64,000 nucleotides of DNA from the human T2T-CHM13v2.0 reference genome, Homo sapiens. The position numbers and the translations under genes are program-made. How positions within the stretch are numbered: the stretch's first letter is position 1; the number at the start of each line of letters is the position of its first letter. Under the pieces are notes generated by a model, which searched no databases, had not been told where the DNA came from, and saw nothing but the letters and a program-made list of their open reading frames with translations. Location of the stretch: NCBI RefSeq assembly GCF_009914755.1, contig NC_060925.1; one strand, given 5' to 3'. Shown in pieces: positions 61,664 to 64,000 of the stretch.

Positions 61664-64000
61664 CTCTGGCTGGATAGATTGATTCTGACATTTGTGTCTG
61701 GGCTCTGTTGTTTGTAAGCTTTATGAATTGGGCCAATTTACTTAATCTCTCAGAGCCTCAGTTCTACCCCATACAGTTACACGGATGACATGAGTTAGGG
61801 GCAGTGCAGTGTAGATGCATGGCAGGCTGGTGCTTGTCAGTAGCAGGAGTTGCTGCTGTCGTTGATGATGCAGGATCCCTGCCCCACATAGGTATTTAAC
61901 AGTTAGTAAACGGATACTTACAGTGACCGTCCAGATAGATGCTTGTCTCTGGCAGTTGAGGCACCCCCGTGGGACAAATGGGTACTGCCTCCGTTTCGCA
62001 GAAAGGAGCCTGAGGCCTTGGCGCCTGGACCAGCACCCAGGTTTCCTGTTCCAGCATAGCATCCTGGGACCCTCTGCTGCCTTGGCCCATTGACCCCTGT
62101 CTGGGAAAGAGCTGGGCGGCCTCCCCTGGGCTGAGCACTGTAGTGAGAGTCCAGGGGCTCAGGTCCGTCCTTCCTGCCCAGCTGGGAAAGGTCCTGGCCC
62201 TGCCACCCGTTTAGCTCAGGTTCCTTCCCTGCTTCCAGCTCCTCTTTCAGGCCATACCTGAGAATCCTGTGTCTCTTTGGCTACCAGGAAGCTCCCCCAG
62301 GGCCAAAAGACAGTGGTTTTGTCCTGACAGTTACTGGCCCCTCTTTCCCTGGGCTGCCAGGAAGTGCAGGGCCCGTTTGGCTCAGTTTCTCCCTGGAGTC
62401 TTCCTGCACATTAAGGCCTCTCTGGGTGTCCTCCTGTTACACAGATGAAGAAACTGAGGCAGGGGAGGCTTAGGCTTCTGGACGTTTCTTTTCCCAGGGG
62501 CTTAAGAGGAGCAACGGGTGCTAACTTTGTTCATATTTATCAAACCAAAGTGACGTCACGCAGAGGAGACTGTGTGTGTGCTAAGGATCTGCAGTATTTC
62601 CAGGTTACGTTGTTTTCTTCCCTAACAGAGATGGCAGAGGTGTGGGCCCAGCTGGGTGCTCACTCTGTATTACAGGCCCTTCCAGCGCTAGGAAAAGCCT
62701 TTACCTCATAGGTTGTAAGCATGACCCTTAGGGTATCCTGCGGATCAGAGGCCCCCCTGGGACTCAGCCTTTCATGCTAACTGCCATTCTTTCCGGAATA
62801 ATCCAGGGCTCTGCAGGGCCCATTTATTAAAGACCTACTCTGTGTACAGTCTAGGCATAGGAGCGAGAGCATTGAAAATGAAGATCATTTCCAAAACAAG
62901 CCCAGAGTGGGAAGAGTTAGGTGTCGATTTTGGGGAGGAAAGGGGTGATGGGAGCTACCTTCCCTCTGTCTCTTTCCTCGGTGTCTTCTTTAAAAGCTGG
63001 ATGTTGGGACCACTGTGGCTGACTCTGCGGTGTGGCCCTGAGCAAGTTCCTTCCTGTCTGTGGTCCAGGGTTTACTATCAGATGGAGGGGACAGTGGTTA
63101 GCTCTGAAGATAAAGATCAGAATCGTCCTCATGCCCAGCCCTGCCTGCCCCCAACTTCCTGTCCCTCCCTCCTCCACTCCCCTCACCTTCCACTCCAGCC
63201 ACACTGGCTTCTGTTCAGTTTCCAGAAAGTTCCACGCCCCCCTTCTGCCACAGAGCCTTTGTGAGTGCCGCCCCTCCTGCTCAAAATGCTCTTCTTCCCC
63301 CTCAGCCTCCCCCATCCCTTCCTCAGAGAAGCCCCTGACCACCCCAACCCTCCCAGCCTCCCTGCTGTTCAATCAGGTGCCCTTTCCCTTGCTTTCCTTC
63401 AGGATGCTTTCCTTCAATCAGGTGCTTTCCTTCGGGATGAGGGTTCACTGCACCTCCATTCCTAGGGCAGAGTACCTGGTTAGCGAGGTCAGTACTGAGA
63501 GCGCAGCTCCGAATCTGCTCTGCACACCTCTGACTCCCCAGGGTGAATGAAAAGCAGGTGCCAGTGATGCTGGGTGACACTAAATGTTTAAGAAACTTAA
63601 CACCGTTTATCACTTCAAGCCCCTGGGGATTGAAATCCATGGAAGACTACACCTCTCTTGCCTCAGTTTCCCCATCTTTATAATGGGGAGAGGCCTAATG
63701 GCTGGACAGCACAGCCTGGGTTTGAGTCCTGGCTCTGCCACTGGCCTGCTCTGTGACCTTGGGCAAGTTACTTCCTTCTGAGCCTCAGTTTTCTCAGCTG
63801 TAAAATGGGGATAATAAGACCTCAGAGGATTGTAAGGATTTAGTGCATTTATATACAGAAAGCACTTAGAATGGCACCTAGCACATAGGAAGCGCTCAAT
63901 AGTAGACGAAGGTAGGTGAGGTGATGGCGAAGATTCCTTCTAGAGCTAGACTTCTGTAACACACTACTCAGCCTGGTCAGAGTCTCGAGATCTTAAAGTT

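Noticed and set aside
63367-63440. Short direct repeats TTCAATCAGGTGC / CTTTCCTTC (also CTTGAGTAGGTTTCTG x2 at ~61208-61243)
   Set aside because: Small local slippage duplications in old repeat remnants with no sign of function.

Overview
Alu-dense, GC-rich primate genomic DNA. The translated exons match human MAD2L2, DRAXIN and AGTRAP as I recall them, which places the window at chr1p36.22. Gene content: (1) the 5' end of MAD2L2/REV7 on the minus strand, with two coding exons (2657-2618, 2527-2409), a proximal CpG-island promoter near 3.1-3.7 kb and a probable distal first exon in the 13-14 kb CpG island. (2) The complete DRAXIN gene on the plus strand: a non-coding exon 1 ending at 13908, six coding exons that join to exactly 1050 nt (349 aa + stop), and a ~6.1 kb Alu-rich 3'UTR ending near AATAAA 47907. 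(3) The CpG-island promoter and first coding exon of AGTRAP (MELPAVNLK, 58304-58330). The rest is Alu, L1, L2/MIR, LTR (MER41A, MLT2, MER39, MER31) and DNA-transposon (MER20, MER47A, MER58, Tigger3a, MER53) sequence plus CA/TG low-complexity tracts. Nearly all supplied ORFs are Alu, CpG-island or low-complexity artefacts. I see no new protein-coding gene or convincingly novel system. The best leads are regulatory: a dense CCTTTGT (SOX/HMG) cluster in the divergent DRAXIN/MAD2L2 island, a candidate poison exon in DRAXIN intron 5, an in-frame stop-free G-rich 90-nt MAD2L2 intron, inverted Alus with alternative poly(A) signals in the DRAXIN 3'UTR, and an enhancer-like block at ~6.3 kb. Repeat family names come from remembered consensus sequences and their boundaries are approximate.
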